Origin: Candidatus Sulfomarinibacteraceae bacterium
GTDB taxonomy: Bacteria > Acidobacteriota > Thermoanaerobaculia > Thermoanaerobaculales > Sulfomarinibacteraceae
Direction: 5' to 3'
Assembly: GCA_963796455.1 (NCBI GenBank)
Contig: CAWCLO010000004.1
Location: 1,152,001 to 1,216,000, forward strand
DNA length: 64,000 bases
In this document: positions 1 to 12,369 of the stretch, in pieces
How the letters are laid out: each line of letters starts with the position of its first letter
Position numbering within the stretch: the stretch's first letter is position 1
Notes under the pieces: model-generated
What the model was told of the DNA's origin: nothing
What the model saw: the letters and a program-made list of their open reading frames with translations, nothing else
The model's database searches: none
Made by a program: the position numbers and the translations under genes

Positions 1-3000
1 AGTGGAAAACGATGAACCGAGTGGGTTCGTTGCCGGCCAATGGCGTCATAACCGAACTCTTCCCAGGCCCAGAGTTTCTCGGCCTCTTCGAGCCCGGTTT
101 TCAACTCGCGATCAAAGAGCCGTCCGTCGGGTGAGAAAGTGAGAACCTCGCGCACACCCGTCAGATCACTGCGACCCGTTTGGCGCCCGAGCCTGTCGTA
201 TTGGTTCGTCCATACCTTGCCACCCGGCGTGGTCGTGGTCAGAAGCCGACCGGAACCCGGCTCGTAGCCATACCCGGTCACCAGCTCAAAAGTCGTGCCG
301 CCGGCATCATCTTCGGTCCATCTCTCGGTCCGGGTGTCCGTCCTGCCCGCGCTGTCATAGAGGTATGCCGTCTCGACGCCGGCCTTCGTGCTCGTCCACA
401 GGCGTCCTGCATCGTCGTAGGACATGCCGTTGCTTTCGGTGACACCGTTCTGACTGCGGGTGATGCTCGAGATCATTCCCGCCGAGGTGTATCCCGGAAC
501 CGTAGTCGTTGCTCCACCTCCACCCGTCCCGCTGGATATTGACTGGATGCGGCCGGCGGTGTCATAAGCGGTGCGGGTCTCTGTCTCGCCGCTCGTTGTC
601 CGAAGCGTCCACCCGAGATCGTTGCTCTGGGTCGTCGTGCTTCGTGGCAACGGTTGGGTGCCGCCATCATTCGTCGTCTGGAAGGTATAGCTCGACTCGG
701 CATGCCCGAGCAGGTTCCTGCCGATCCTTGTCGTCGCCGTGCCAACGGTTGACGTTGAAATGGATAGCTCAAGCTCTCCACTGCCGTGCATCGTGTCGTC
801 GAAATCGAGAGTATTGGAGGCCCCGGTCGAGCTGGTCTGGGTCGAGACACGGCCCACCTGATCCAGGTATCTCGTGGTCTGGGTTCCATCGGGCGCCCTC
901 GTAATGACTGTTTGAGGATCAGGGCGTTGGATACTGGTGGTGATGGGACCAGACGGTCCTGGGCTTCGTTCGATCAGTGAGATTTGGCCATCAACATAGT
1001 CGTAGCGTGTCATCAGCGTACTGACAGGGCTCTCGTCGCCAACTGTTCCTGGCGTCGTCGTCACTATCTCCGGAAGGAACGAGTAGCGTCGATGCCCGTC
1101 GTAATAAACTGTCGTCGTCGAAATCCCTGCTGGGTCGCGAACCGATCGAAGGCGTCCATCCTTGTCAATCTGCGTGCTCGTCGTAAGAACACCTCCGACC
1201 GTGACGGTGCCATCCCAGCCATCGCTCCCGTTTTCAACCAGGCTGATCTGGGTCAGGGTCGGGGGGCCGGCCGGGGTCACACCCTCGACAATCGTCCACT
1301 GGGTTTCGGAGTCTTCGGTGATGGTGGTGTCGATCGCCGGTCCCGTCGCATCGTCTCGGCCGCGGGTCACCTTCTGGACGCGACCCTCCTCCCAGTCGAC
1401 GTCAATCAGCACGTTGCCCTTCGAATCTTCGATCATCTTGATTTGATCGCCACGCTCGAGATCCATCGGTAGTACCGAACTCTTCGCAGACGCGTCTTTG
1501 GTATAGGTTTCGATCACATCGCCAGGCGATCCCTCATAGGCGAGCTGGACACCTTTGATTCCCGCTTTCTGCATCCGACCGGAGTCATCGTAGGCGTAGA
1601 GATACGTTCGACCGGCCGAATCCTCCACCGACGTCACCAAACCCGGCGGTGAATTCCCGTCTCCGAGCTCCGAATCCTCATCTTCGTAGTTGAAGATCAT
1701 CGTTCGCGGTTTGAGTTCGGTTGATCGTGTCCCGTTCGACTGAACAATTTGCGCCAGGGTCCCGTCGGCGTACCAGAGGAGCTTGAGTTCGGAGCCGGCT
1801 TCCTCGTTTTTTCGGTAGCGGTCACGAACTCTGGTGGGCAGGCCCTCGGCGGAGTACTCGGTGTAGCCTCCATCGGGGGTCAGCATCAACCATCCCCCGC
1901 CGGCCCTGCGCTTCAACTCGCCGGGATGGGCCCAAGCCGTCAAGGGGTTCCCTGCAGCGGTTGGATGACCGGACGCCGATTTGCCGAATACATACCGATC
2001 CCCAGAAGATGTAAAGAGATCCACGGTCCCGTCCGGGTTGGGCCGCAGCCGATCCAGGCCCGACAATTCCCATCCCCAGCCGAAGAGACCGAAGAGAATC
2101 CCTGCCGACGAGTACTGGCGGCCGACCACCACATCCATTCCGGGAGCCGGCAGCGCCAGGTCGGTTCGGGCGAGCGTCAGCGCACCCGTGGACAATTCGA
2201 CCTCCGGCACCATCGCCCCGCGAGCCTCGATGCCAGGATCTCGACCGACCGGCGGCGACGGCATCCACGGCAGGGTGACGGCCTCGTCAGTGGGCACGAG
2301 ACCGGCTTCAACGTAGCCTTGCAGCCAGCTGGAGCTTGTTTCGTCGATTTTCAAGGACACACGAATTCGATAGGCAGATGCGAGCTCGATCGGCTCGATG
2401 CCTTCCGGAATGATCAGATCGTCGCGATCGCAGTTTCGGCACACTGCGTAATGACCAGTGCCATCAACCTGTTCCTCGAGTTGGTTTCGTAGATCTCCGT
2501 TCTCCGGGATCTTCGTCCAATAGTCCGCCCGTGCGCGTTCATCGGCGATCAGCAGAATGGGCTGCGCAGCGATGAAATTGTGGCGCGCCGGGTCGTCCAG
2601 ACGCAGACCGGTCTGGCGGCGCAGCTCGACCTCGGTGCTCGACGGGAGGAATGGTTCAGGACGATCCGGAACCACGCCCCCTCCGGGAGCCAGGCCTTCG
2701 ACTCGGACCTTGATGCTGTTTTGGTGATCCGGAATACCCACGATGCGGGCTGTGACCCACGCCAAATAGGGAGCCTTCTCGCCGGTTTCAGCCTCGGGAG
2801 CCTCTGGGGCGCCCAGGGGTTGCAGGTACTCGATGCGCTCGCGAATACCATCACCATCAGTGTCTGGACCCACCATCTCGATCACAGGCGGTTTGTATTG
2901 AACGGGCGCCGAGCCAGTGACCGCAATTCCATGGGTCGGATTGATCACGAGCGGGCCCATGCCGGAGCCCGACGGCAATTTGATATCCGCCACCAGATCG

Positions 3001-4952
3001 ACTGACCACGACGTTGGATCTTCAGTGCCGTCGAGCGAGAAAACCGCAAGGCGACTGTCGCTGTCGCGGACCACGATGAGGCGATCGATAGGATCGATGG
3101 CGACGTGGCTCGCACTCCATCCCAGCGCGTATCCGCGACCCCAGTCCACCTTGCCGTCGACACCAACTTCACCGTAATTGAGTGTCCGGTGACCGACCAC
3201 CCCAACAACGGTCTTCTCTTCCCATTGACCGTCGACGTTAAAAGAAAGTCGGGCCACATCGATGTCGGTAAGATCGGAACCGGAAGACGAGCGGACGCAA
3301 TCGATCCAATCGGGCTTCAGGGTGCCGCCGCTTCTTCTGATCCCCCACACACCCTCATAGCGCGATGCGGCCAACAGCGTCGGATCGCCGTCTTCAGGCC
3401 GACTCACAGCGATCCTCCCGAGATAAACCGAATCCGCGGAACCGAGTTCGCGGCACGGTACATTCGGGTTGTCGGGATGCCTGAACCACCCCAGAAGATC
3501 TTCGTTTTGGGCGACGCTCACGAGGGCGAAATTGTGGCCGCCCCCTGAAAAGTCGAGAGCGGACAACGCCGTAGCACCCGCTGAGGCGTGAGCCCAGACC
3601 AAGGTGTCGGTGTGAGCCCGCAAACGGATGGGATAGTTCAACGGCAGCACTTCATCGCCATCGAGTTCGAGATTTGCGTATTCGACGACGAGCGGGCCAC
3701 TTGCCGGCGCAACCCGGCGGCGGAGAACCCGTCCCGTCACGGCATCGTGGAGGATCACCGGGTGGTACGGCTTCATGAGATTCTCGGGGATGGTCATCTC
3801 GGTCCACCCATCCTCAGTCCCATTCAATGTCGCCGAAATGCCCTGGGCTGACTCGAGACCATCAACGGCATCCTGAGCCGTGAAGTTCACCTGATTCGAA
3901 AAGACCTCGATTCTCAGATCGCCCGGGCCGACGCTGGTCAATGGTCTCGAAAGCTCCTGAACGGCCAGAACCGGCGCCGGATCGACCGGGTCATCACCCT
4001 CGGGGGCCAAATCCTCGAAGCGATAGAGACGGAGAGCGACGTGCTGGTTGACCTTGCCTTCGAGAGAGATGACATGTCCGAAACCATCACTTGCGACGCC
4101 GGCGACTGCGATCTCTGTTTCAGCCCGGCCGAGTTCTGCAGGATCCTCGGGGTTTGAAATGTCCCATGCGGTCAGACCCTGATCCCGCCCCGCGACCAGC
4201 AGCACATCCCCTTCGAGGGCAACGTCCGCCACGAGGCCGTCGATCATCGGATTACCGGACACGGCGTCGGCCACCTTGAACGGCAGAACGATCGGATGGG
4301 CCTTTTCTGCACCAAGGTTTTCAAACGCACTGGCCAGGAGTGTCAGTTCGTAGCTCGCTCCGGCACGCCAGGCAGTCTCGGGCTCGATGAAAACAATGTC
4401 TCCCGAGACATCAAGCCGGGGAGTCAGGCTCCCTTGGGATGGATCGGTCTGATTGAGCTGGACGTCAGCTTCGGTGAGTCTGTCCTGGAGAAACGTCGGC
4501 GGGTCCTTCTCGACGCGGCGGTCGAAGGTCATTGCGAGAATCTGGCTACCTGATGAAAGCACCGGCTCGACGATCAAAAGCATGCGATCGCCAACTTTGG
4601 CGGGAATCGACAGACCGAGATCCGAGTCGCTCGAAGAGACGCCCTTTCGCAAAATGCCTGTCTTCAGGTTGTAGAGATGGACCGTACGACCGGCAGGTAG
4701 CGAGCCCGCAGCGATCGTGCAGTTGAGGGCCGAGGCGTAGCTGTCCTTGCTGGCCTCGATCAAATGGCTCAGTGGCGACCGACCTACCGCCGCGTCAAAG
4801 CTGAAGAACATGAAGGGGTCCGCTTCCAGCAGCCGAGGCTCTTTTTCATAGCCCGGGGCATCTTCGACTGGGATGTCGATCCAGCCATCGGATCCCGGCG
4901 CCGGATAGCCGCGCTCGGAGTATGTGAAGCCGGTGTCGGGATCGGTCACGTG
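1..4952 (-). CDS. C-terminal continuation of the giant Rhs/YD-repeat protein (Ig-like and propeller-like segments, DUF6531-like region, YD repeats); partial, runs off the window start
   Basis: Hand-translated segments in one minus frame read HVTDPDTGFTYSERGYPAPG..., LARTDLALPAPGMDVVVGRQYSSAGILFGLFGWGW (~2060-2220, DUF6531-like), GRTYLYAYDDSGRM, YDDAGRLWTSTKAGVETAY and EFGYDAIGRQ (positions 3-60). The ORF track lists no stop-terminated ORF in this frame. Removing one C at 4953-4954 joins it to 4846..12369. Confidence 0.85.
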
Positions 4953-7900
4953 CCAGCACGAAGTCGTCGTCCGGGCGAATTGGGACCGTGGCACCCGTTC
5001 CGGTGGTCAAGGTTTCGAGTTTCCCGAGATAGGCGTAGCCCGAGATTTCCGACGCGTCGCTCGGCCCGGAACCGCCATAGTCAAAGGCCACCAGCGCGGC
5101 CGACGAGGGAGCGAAGTGGGTGAAGGCGTACACCACATCCGCGGCTGAATCCATGAACATCGCCTTGACCTGAACGTCGCCCTCGACGGTCCCCTTGGCG
5201 ACGAAGAGTCTACCGACGAGATCGGCGTTCTTGGTCTTCTTGGCGTCCGAAACAATCGGTTCGAGGATGACCACGTCCATGGACTGACGGATACCGGGCA
5301 GCAACGGGTCGGGATTTCCTTCGGCGGCGGCCTTTGCCAGAGCCTTGGCGGCGTCTTCCGGCAAGATGTCTTCTGCCGGCGATGTGATGTAGGCCTGGGC
5401 GGTCGCATCCCACGTGGCGGTCCGCATCAACATCGGGTGCGGTTTTCCCGCGACTTCGATCCGCATGCAGGCGTGGAAGGTGGCATCCGTGTCCGAAGGC
5501 GCGTCGCCCGGGATCACCAGCTGCAGCGTTCGGGCGGCCTCGACCGTCAGATCGAGGCGGGCCGCAGCCCGGGCCTCGGCAAAAGAGGGCCAGCTGCTTA
5601 GCGGCAGGACGTCGGCGTGCTTGAGCAGGCCGGCTCTGACCGTCGCGGTGTCGGGGAACGCGGCCCAGGGCGCGGTCACTCCGATTCCCTCGGTTGTGAC
5701 AAACGTGCCCCCGTCCACATTGAAGTAGGCCGCGAGGCCGTCAGGGGTCAGCCACGGCAATAGCGGGATGACGTAGAGGTCGTTTTCTTGATTATTCGAG
5801 TCGGAGAGATGCAGCAGCAGAGTGTCGCCGATTTCGAACAGGAAATCGTCTGCCGGGTCAATGAGATACCTGAAGGCACCGTTTCCGTCTGCCTGGAAGG
5901 AATCTCCTCCCTGACCGGGATATTCGATCCGCATCCAGATATTTGAAGGTACGGCGCCCTCTTCGCCCTCGATGACGACCGCGGTCGGGTTGGCAGAATC
6001 ACGCCCAGGCATGAAAATCCTGATCTTCGATTCGTCCACATCCTCATTCCCGATATACCGTTCAACACCAAAAACGAATCGGTTGTCCTCGATATCGAGG
6101 GCGTAACCCTGGAGGTCGTGGAGATTGACGTCCACGGTAACGACAACCTGCGCCGCCGACGGGAAGCTCGAGACCGGCGTCCAGGTGAGACGAGTTCGGG
6201 ATTCTGACAGGTCGAGGGTTCCTTCTTTGGGCGTATTGGTCTCGCCCGCCACGATCAGGACATCGATACCCCAGGGATTTTCCGGATCAATACCGAGCGG
6301 CTCGGAGAAATCCACCGTGATGGTGGTGGCGGTAGAGACACGATCCGCGCCGTTTGCCGGCGAGGTCGCGATGATTCGCGGCCGGACGACCTCGATCAGG
6401 ATATCGAGGCCCTCACTCACATCGCCGGCGGTCGCGGTCGCCGTCAGCTGACCCGAATTCCGGGAAACCAGCTGTTCTGCAGAAAGGTCGACCGTGCCAG
6501 CAGGTGCCGCCAGCGCGTAGATGCCGTTGTCGGCGAGTTGGACGAGGCCTCCGGTCGCGGTCACGAGACAGTTCGCGGTTGCGGGGTCGCCGTCGACATC
6601 GAATATGGCGCCGGTCAGGAGGCCCCAATCTTCGGTCGTCGATCTCGCCAGGACATACAACGAAGTCCGCGAAACGCCGGGGGCCGGGAAGCCGGCCAGC
6701 TGATCGGGGCCGCACACGATCCGGTCTCCCTCGAGCGCTCCAAGGCCCACCAGTCGCCAGGAAGAAACGCCATCCGCCTCAACCGGACTCAACAGCAGAT
6801 ACTGGCGATCGGGCTCCCCGGCTCCGGGGAAGCTGAGCGTTGCCGGTACCGAGAACGTCGAATCGCCAATTCCGAGATTTGCTGCGGACACCGCTTCGAG
6901 CCCAGCCGGCAACACCAGTGGCAGAGCGTCCAGAGATTGACCAGCCAACTCGATGCCGATGACCCGATCGAGTGCTCCCGGCGGCACGACGAGACCGATG
7001 CCGTCCGGGCTCGACAGCCCGGCACCGTCGGGACCGACCAGATCCTGGGTGCGGACCTCGTCGGGGAGGGTGCGGATGTTGATCGTTTTCACACCGGCAT
7101 CCAGAGCGATTCGGCGTGCGGTCTCGGAAGCACCAAGACCAAACGTGGCGGCCAGAGTGTCATCCGGTTGGCGGTAGAGGAAAAGATCGATCGCAACCGG
7201 TGGCGCCACCAGCACTCCCCCATCGACCACGTGCAGAACCTCATCAAGGCGGGCCTCTACCGGGTGGCCTGAAGGGGTGATCGTCTCCGGGTCGGCAACA
7301 ACCGTGGCCAAAGAGGTCTCCATCGGCAGGATGACCGGCGGGTCGAGCGTCAGGGTGGCGGTCATGGGGCTGGGTTCGAGGGGGTCAGCCGTCGGCAGAA
7401 CCGATCCGATGGCGACCACACCGGGGCTGGTCGGATCGGGGTCGGCTGCGAGCAGGACGAATATTCCGGCCTGGGCAACATCGAGAGTCCCACCGAGATT
7501 CTCAGAGATCCAGGCATGACTGCCTTCGTCGTATCGTGCGATCACGGCGTCGGGCGGCACCACAGCGGTGAACTCGAGGACCGCCGGTGGATCGAGGGCT
7601 ACATCCTCAGGCAGACCGACGTGTGCGGCGGCGAGGGGTCTCCAACCGAGGGGCAAAAGATCCGGCAGACCTTGTTCTGAAACCGGACTGAATTCGAGTT
7701 CGACGCCGCCTGTGGGCAGTGATGCGGATGAGATGGTGAGTCGGGCAGAATCAACCTCGACCTGCGTCGAGTCCTCAATCAACACCAGATCGGAGCGTTC
7801 GCTCAAGCGAACATCGAAAAGCAGCGTCGCAGTGTTCGGGATCGGTACCGAACGCCGCCATGTCGGCAGATATCCGTCGGCCTCGATCCGCACGACGACC

Positions 7901-10900
7901 GGCGACGAGACGACTGGCAACTGGAACCGGCCGCGTCCGTCGGCCGTCACCACAGGCGGGTCGCCAACGATCGGCGCACCATCCTGTTCAAGCACGATAC
8001 GAGCACCTGGCAGTTCGAGGCTGTTTTTATCCGAAAAGACCTCACCGGCAATAAAGGTCGTTGCCGACGGATCGGCAAAGAGCTGTGAGTACGGAGTCGC
8101 CGGGTTGCCTGCAAGATCGGTGATCTCTGAGCTCAACTCGAGAACCAGAGGCAGATCGCCCACCTGAGGCGGCGTCACGAGTTCGATCAACAGCTCAGCG
8201 CCGGACATACTTACCGTGAAGGTGAGCGGACCCAACTGGCCATCCACGACGACTGAAGTTCCCACCGCAACCGTGGCCTCGTCCAAAGCTTCGTTGAATC
8301 GAACACTGATGGTCGTATCACCATCCCAGTTCGAACTCACAACATGGGGAGGTGAGCAATCGAGCTCCACGACGACGTAGCTCGGGGTCGACTGATTGCC
8401 CGATGGGTCTTCGGCGGTCACTTCGATTTCGACCGCACCCTCCCCCACCGCTGCTTCGAGCCGAAGCGTGAAGGAACCGTCAGCTTCAACATCGACAGAG
8501 GCGGGATGCACGTCACCCGCGGCAATGACCCGAGAACCGGCCTCGGCCAGACCGGTGACTTCGAGCGTATCGAAACATGCGGGACTCACCACCGCATCGA
8601 CGATCGGCGGTTGCGGCGGCGTTGAGTCGAGGGTGGAGAATGTCGCCGTCCGGCCCGCCTCGAGGGGGTGGCCGGCACGATCGGTGGCGGCTGCGTCGAC
8701 TTCGAGCAGGTATTCGGTGTCGTCCGCAAGGCCCTCAACCGGCACCACATCGATTTCGGATCCGTCGCCGACGGCCGAAAGTGCGACTTCGAGGGTCGCG
8801 CCGCCGGCGATCAGGCGGATGCGACCGTTCAGAGAATCAAAATCCATCGCTTCGGAAAAACGAATCCGCGGTCTGGCGCTGACGGGGACTCCGGTTGCGC
8901 CGTCGGCCGGAATGGTGGCCACAACGCTCGGGGCAACTGTGTCGACCTCGACATCGATCGAACGGGTGCCGGTATTTCCGGCATCGTCCCACGCCCGCGC
9001 AAGGATCGTGTTGGGGCCTTCATTGAGTTCGAGATCGGCCAGGGTGAAGCTTCCCGACTCGCCGAGGACGGCATCCTGTCCGTTGACCGTCACCCGATCC
9101 GTGCCACCCACGTCACTGACCGTTCCGGTCACGGTCACGGAAGAGGTTGCCAAAACGTCGCCCGCAGCCGGCGAAGTGATTCGAAGCTCCGGTGCCGAAA
9201 GATCGATCCTGATTTCCCGATTGACCGAGGCCGCGTTGCCGACCTCGTCCCGTGCCTCGACCGCGACCGAACGGCTTCCTTCTCCGAGCTGAAGATCAGT
9301 GTTGAAACTGCCATCGGGCCCGACCGTCACGTTTTGCGAATTCACGGTCACCGTCAGCTGATGGGCATCGCTTGCCGAACCGGACACTGCCACCGCCGAC
9401 GAGCCAAGGATCGCCGATGCTCCGGGTTCCTCGACGACCAGAACAGGTGCAGTGGTGTCCCGCTCGACCGTGAGAACCAACTCGCTGGTGTTGCCGGCGC
9501 GATCAACCCCCGCCACCGTCAGAACATTGGCCCCTTCCTGAGACAGGGCAACCTGAGCCTGGAAGCTCGAACCAGCAAGGGATGCGCTGCGGCCCGCAAC
9601 CGTCACGCTCTCGAGGTGGGGGTCGTCTGCGGTTCCGGTCACCGTCACCGTGGTGTCGCCGACCAGATCACCATCGGCGGGTGCGGTCACCGACAGGGTC
9701 GGCCCGGCACTGTCGAGAGTCACCGTGATCGTCGCAGTGCTCTCGTTGCCGACATCGTCGGTCGCAGTGATCGAGATGATATTCGCGCCTTCAGAGAGCG
9801 CCAGACCGGCAAAGCTGAAGGTCCCGGCCGTGATGGTCGCAGGCTGACCGTCGACCGTGACAGCCACCGCGTCGTCGCAGGCGCCGGTCAGAAGAGGCGA
9901 CGGCACCGAAATGACCGACCCATCGACCAGGGAGAGACCGCTGATCGCCGGCGGGGTGACATCGATCCTGAAGCCGAGCTCGAGCGACGAGGTGTTGCCG
10001 GCCGCGTCTTCAGCGGCGACAACGAGAACATAGCTTCCCTCGTCGGCGATCGGTGTGCCCGAAGCAAACGGGGCCCCGTTGAGGGTGATGGTCAGGGTCA
10101 CGGCCGTATCGTCTGCGGCATCGATCACCGGGGCGACCGGCTGGTTCGAGACCAGGCCGTCGACCAGGGCGGATCCTCCGTTCGTCACCGAGATGACGGG
10201 CGGCGCGGAGTCGAGGACTACGTTTCGGACGATCGTCGTTTCTTGAAAAACGGAATCCGCCGCAACAACTGTGATCGTATTGGCGCCCTCGACCAGAATC
10301 ACCTGGGACGAGAAAGAACCGTCAGACCCAAAGGCGGCCGGTGTTCCGTTGACGGTCAGGCGATCGAGATTCGCGTCGATCGCCGTTCCGGTGACAGTCA
10401 GGTTTTCAAATCGCGTTACGGCGCCCTCGACCGGCGCGGTCAGGGTGAGCTCCGGGGCCAGGGTGTCACGGTAATACGAGAGATCGAACTCGGTCGTGTT
10501 TCCCGCACCGTCAATTGCTCGCAGCGGCAACAGGTTCAGACCTTCTTGTTCGAGGGGGATTCCCGAGACGCTCCAACCGATGTAATTGGTGCCCTGCTGG
10601 ACAAATGTCGCCAAAATACCGGCCACTGTGACCTCGACGGCATCGTCGTCGACCCTGCCCGCCACGATGATCGTCGTCGATTTGACGACGGTGCCCGGGA
10701 AAGGTGAGAGGTCGTCGATAAGCGGTGGATTGGTATCGATTGAAAAAGCGCGGTTCGCCGAACTCGTGTTGCCCGCCTGATCCACCGCATTGACCGCGAA
10801 TACGTGGGAACCCGAGGCGGCGAAGGGCGCACCAAGGAGATAACTCTCGCCGTCGATCGTGGCTGTGAGATCAACTTCTGTCGCATCAGCGGCGATCACC

Positions 10901-12369
10901 GTGATGACGGCCGGCCGGCCGAGCAGGAGATCGTCCGTCCACTCCGCCCCGGACTCGAAGACGGTGAGGATTGGTGGGGTGGTATCGAGAACCACCGAAA
11001 TCGTCGTCTGAGTGGTGTTCCCAAGCGCGTCGACGGCAACCGCAACAACCTGGTTCGTTCCCTCGACAAGAACTATCGAGGCCGTGAAACTGCCGCCACC
11101 AACCGTCGCGGGCACACCATTGACCGAGACGCTCGCGAGGTTCGGATCGACCACTGTCCCGGAGACCGAGAGCTGTGTCTGATCGGTCACGAATCCATCG
11201 ACTGGCGAGGTGATGGCGATTTCGGGCGAAAGACTGTCGACGATCAGAACATGATTCCGGTCGGTTGTTCGGCCCGCCCCGTCCTCGGCGTGGAGGATCA
11301 ACGTGTTGACACCCTCGATCAAGTTCAAACCTGCGGAAAAGCTCCGCCAGTCCCCTGATGGATCACCCAAAGAAGCCGGCACGCCTGAAACGGTCACCGA
11401 GACCGCGTCCGCCGACACCTGACCGGAAAGTGTCAGCACATTGATTCCAAGAACCGTATTGTTGGGAGGCTGGACATCGTAGAAATCCGGCGCCGAGAAA
11501 TCGATCGAAAAGGTCGACGTAGCAGAAGCCGTCTCGGTCCCCGTCGTGGCCGTCACTTCGATCGTGTGAAAACCCTCGGAACCGAATGAACTGCCAAGGG
11601 CATAGGCCGCGCCATCAATCGCGGCCGACAGTTGCGGCGAACCCGAGCCGCCCTCGACCGCGGCCGTGAGCACCACCGCACGATCAAAAAGCTGCCCGTC
11701 TTCGAGCGGCGTGCCGCTCTCGAGGATCGTGATCGAAAGCGGTTCGTCGACCGCAGCAAAGAGCCGATAGATCACCGTGCCCTGCCGGTGGCGGCCGACG
11801 ACAGCGCTTCCCCAGACCTGTCCGTCCCGCTCCTTGATATAGCCGGCGATGGCCTCACCACCCGAATCGACCGCTGCAAAAAGGGTGGTGACACGCGAAG
11901 ACCGCCGCGTCCGCAACCGCACGATCGCCGCCCGCACATCGGTCATGTCCACCGCGCCCAGCCGATTGTCGACCGAGTGCCAGTCGAGCCGCCGTTCCAC
12001 ATACCACGGCCGGTCCGCCCGGCCATCACAATTTCGATCAACCGGCGGCAGTCCGAGGCTGGCGTGCGAGGCCGGGTCGACCGGAGCGTAACCCGCATAA
12101 CGATTCATATACGGATCGCAGCCGCCGCTCTTGATCAACGACCGGCTCCGCTCCTTGGCCCGGATATTGACTTCGGCCGGCGGTTCCTCAAAAGAAAGCT
12201 CCAGGCGTTCGCCATCGGGAAGTGTGACCACCATCCCGTCATCGGTGGAAGTGATCTTCGGCAGATCTGCCTCGGACGCCGACTGGGACGCTGGGGTCTG
12301 TGCGCCTGCAGGCAGCGGAATGGCGAGCGCTACAACGGCAATGGCTATAAAACGACGAAGTCGAGTCAT
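4846..12369 (-). CDS. N-terminal part of a giant secreted Ig-like-repeat Rhs protein (signal peptide, about 10 tandem ~85-aa Ig-like repeats, SbsA/Big_5-like domains); frameshifted near 4953
   Basis: 2507-aa ORF with Sec-type signal MTRLRRFIAIAVVALAIPLPAGA-Q and repeated L.EG.N.I.V.A.D.AGN...D..PP units. ATG overlaps the upstream stop (ATGA). The last ~35 aa look out of frame. Confidence 0.85.
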   Translation of the reverse strand: MTRLRRFIAIAVVALAIPLPAGAQTPASQSASEADLPKITSTDDGMVVTLPDGERLELSFEEPPAEVNIRAKERSRSLIKSGGCDPYMNRYAGYAPVDPASHASLGLPPVDRNCDGRADRPWYVERRLDWHSVDNRLGAVDMTDVRAAIVRLRTRRSSRVTTLFAAVDSGGEAIAGYIKERDGQVWGSAVVGRHRQGTVIYRLFAAVDEPLSITILESGTPLEDGQLFDRAVVLTAAVEGGSGSPQLSAAIDGAAYALGSSFGSEGFHTIEVTATTGTETASATSTFSIDFSAPDFYDVQPPNNTVLGINVLTLSGQVSADAVSVTVSGVPASLGDPSGDWRSFSAGLNLIEGVNTLILHAEDGAGRTTDRNHVLIVDSLSPEIAITSPVDGFVTDQTQLSVSGTVVDPNLASVSVNGVPATVGGGSFTASIVLVEGTNQVVAVAVDALGNTTQTTISVVLDTTPPILTVFESGAEWTDDLLLGRPAVITVIAADATEVDLTATIDGESYLLGAPFAASGSHVFAVNAVDQAGNTSSANRAFSIDTNPPLIDDLSPFPGTVVKSTTIIVAGRVDDDAVEVTVAGILATFVQQGTNYIGWSVSGIPLEQEGLNLLPLRAIDGAGNTTEFDLSYYRDTLAPELTLTAPVEGAVTRFENLTVTGTAIDANLDRLTVNGTPAAFGSDGSFSSQVILVEGANTITVVAADSVFQETTIVRNVVLDSAPPVISVTNGGSALVDGLVSNQPVAPVIDAADDTAVTLTITLNGAPFASGTPIADEGSYVLVVAAEDAAGNTSSLELGFRIDVTPPAISGLSLVDGSVISVPSPLLTGACDDAVAVTVDGQPATITAGTFSFAGLALSEGANIISITATDDVGNESTATITVTLDSAGPTLSVTAPADGDLVGDTTVTVTGTADDPHLESVTVAGRSASLAGSSFQAQVALSQEGANVLTVAGVDRAGNTSELVLTVERDTTAPVLVVEEPGASAILGSSAVAVSGSASDAHQLTVTVNSQNVTVGPDGSFNTDLQLGEGSRSVAVEARDEVGNAASVNREIRIDLSAPELRITSPAAGDVLATSSVTVTGTVSDVGGTDRVTVNGQDAVLGESGSFTLADLELNEGPNTILARAWDDAGNTGTRSIDVEVDTVAPSVVATIPADGATGVPVSARPRIRFSEAMDFDSLNGRIRLIAGGATLEVALSAVGDGSEIDVVPVEGLADDTEYLLEVDAAATDRAGHPLEAGRTATFSTLDSTPPQPPIVDAVVSPACFDTLEVTGLAEAGSRVIAAGDVHPASVDVEADGSFTLRLEAAVGEGAVEIEVTAEDPSGNQSTPSYVVVELDCSPPHVVSSNWDGDTTISVRFNEALDEATVAVGTSVVVDGQLGPLTFTVSMSGAELLIELVTPPQVGDLPLVLELSSEITDLAGNPATPYSQLFADPSATTFIAGEVFSDKNSLELPGARIVLEQDGAPIVGDPPVVTADGRGRFQLPVVSSPVVVRIEADGYLPTWRRSVPIPNTATLLFDVRLSERSDLVLIEDSTQVEVDSARLTISSASLPTGGVELEFSPVSEQGLPDLLPLGWRPLAAAHVGLPEDVALDPPAVLEFTAVVPPDAVIARYDEGSHAWISENLGGTLDVAQAGIFVLLAADPDPTSPGVVAIGSVLPTADPLEPSPMTATLTLDPPVILPMETSLATVVADPETITPSGHPVEARLDEVLHVVDGGVLVAPPVAIDLFLYRQPDDTLAATFGLGASETARRIALDAGVKTINIRTLPDEVRTQDLVGPDGAGLSSPDGIGLVVPPGALDRVIGIELAGQSLDALPLVLPAGLEAVSAANLGIGDSTFSVPATLSFPGAGEPDRQYLLLSPVEADGVSSWRLVGLGALEGDRIVCGPDQLAGFPAPGVSRTSLYVLARSTTEDWGLLTGAIFDVDGDPATANCLVTATGGLVQLADNGIYALAAPAGTVDLSAEQLVSRNSGQLTATATAGDVSEGLDILIEVVRPRIIATSPANGADRVSTATTITVDFSEPLGIDPENPWGIDVLIVAGETNTPKEGTLDLSESRTRLTWTPVSSFPSAAQVVVTVDVNLHDLQGYALDIEDNRFVFGVERYIGNEDVDESKIRIFMPGRDSANPTAVVIEGEEGAVPSNIWMRIEYPGQGGDSFQADGNGAFRYLIDPADDFLFEIGDTLLLHLSDSNNQENDLYVIPLLPWLTPDGLAAYFNVDGGTFVTTEGIGVTAPWAAFPDTATVRAGLLKHADVLPLSSWPSFAEARAAARLDLTVEAARTLQLVIPGDAPSDTDATFHACMRIEVAGKPHPMLMRTATWDATAQAYITSPAEDILPEDAAKALAKAAAEGNPDPLLPGIRQSMDVVILEPIVSDAKKTKNADLVGRLFVAKGTVEGDVQVKAMFMDSAADVVYAFTHFAPSSAALVAFDYGGSGPSDASEISGYAYLGKLETLTTGTGATVPIRPDDDFVLARDRSRHRLHILRARLSGAGIRWLDRHPSRRCPGL

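Noticed and set aside
4940..4965. Programmed ribosomal frameshift or phase-variable tract in the Rhs gene
   Set aside because: There is no slippery heptamer or homopolymer longer than 2-3 bases, and many other error-like indels occur in the window.
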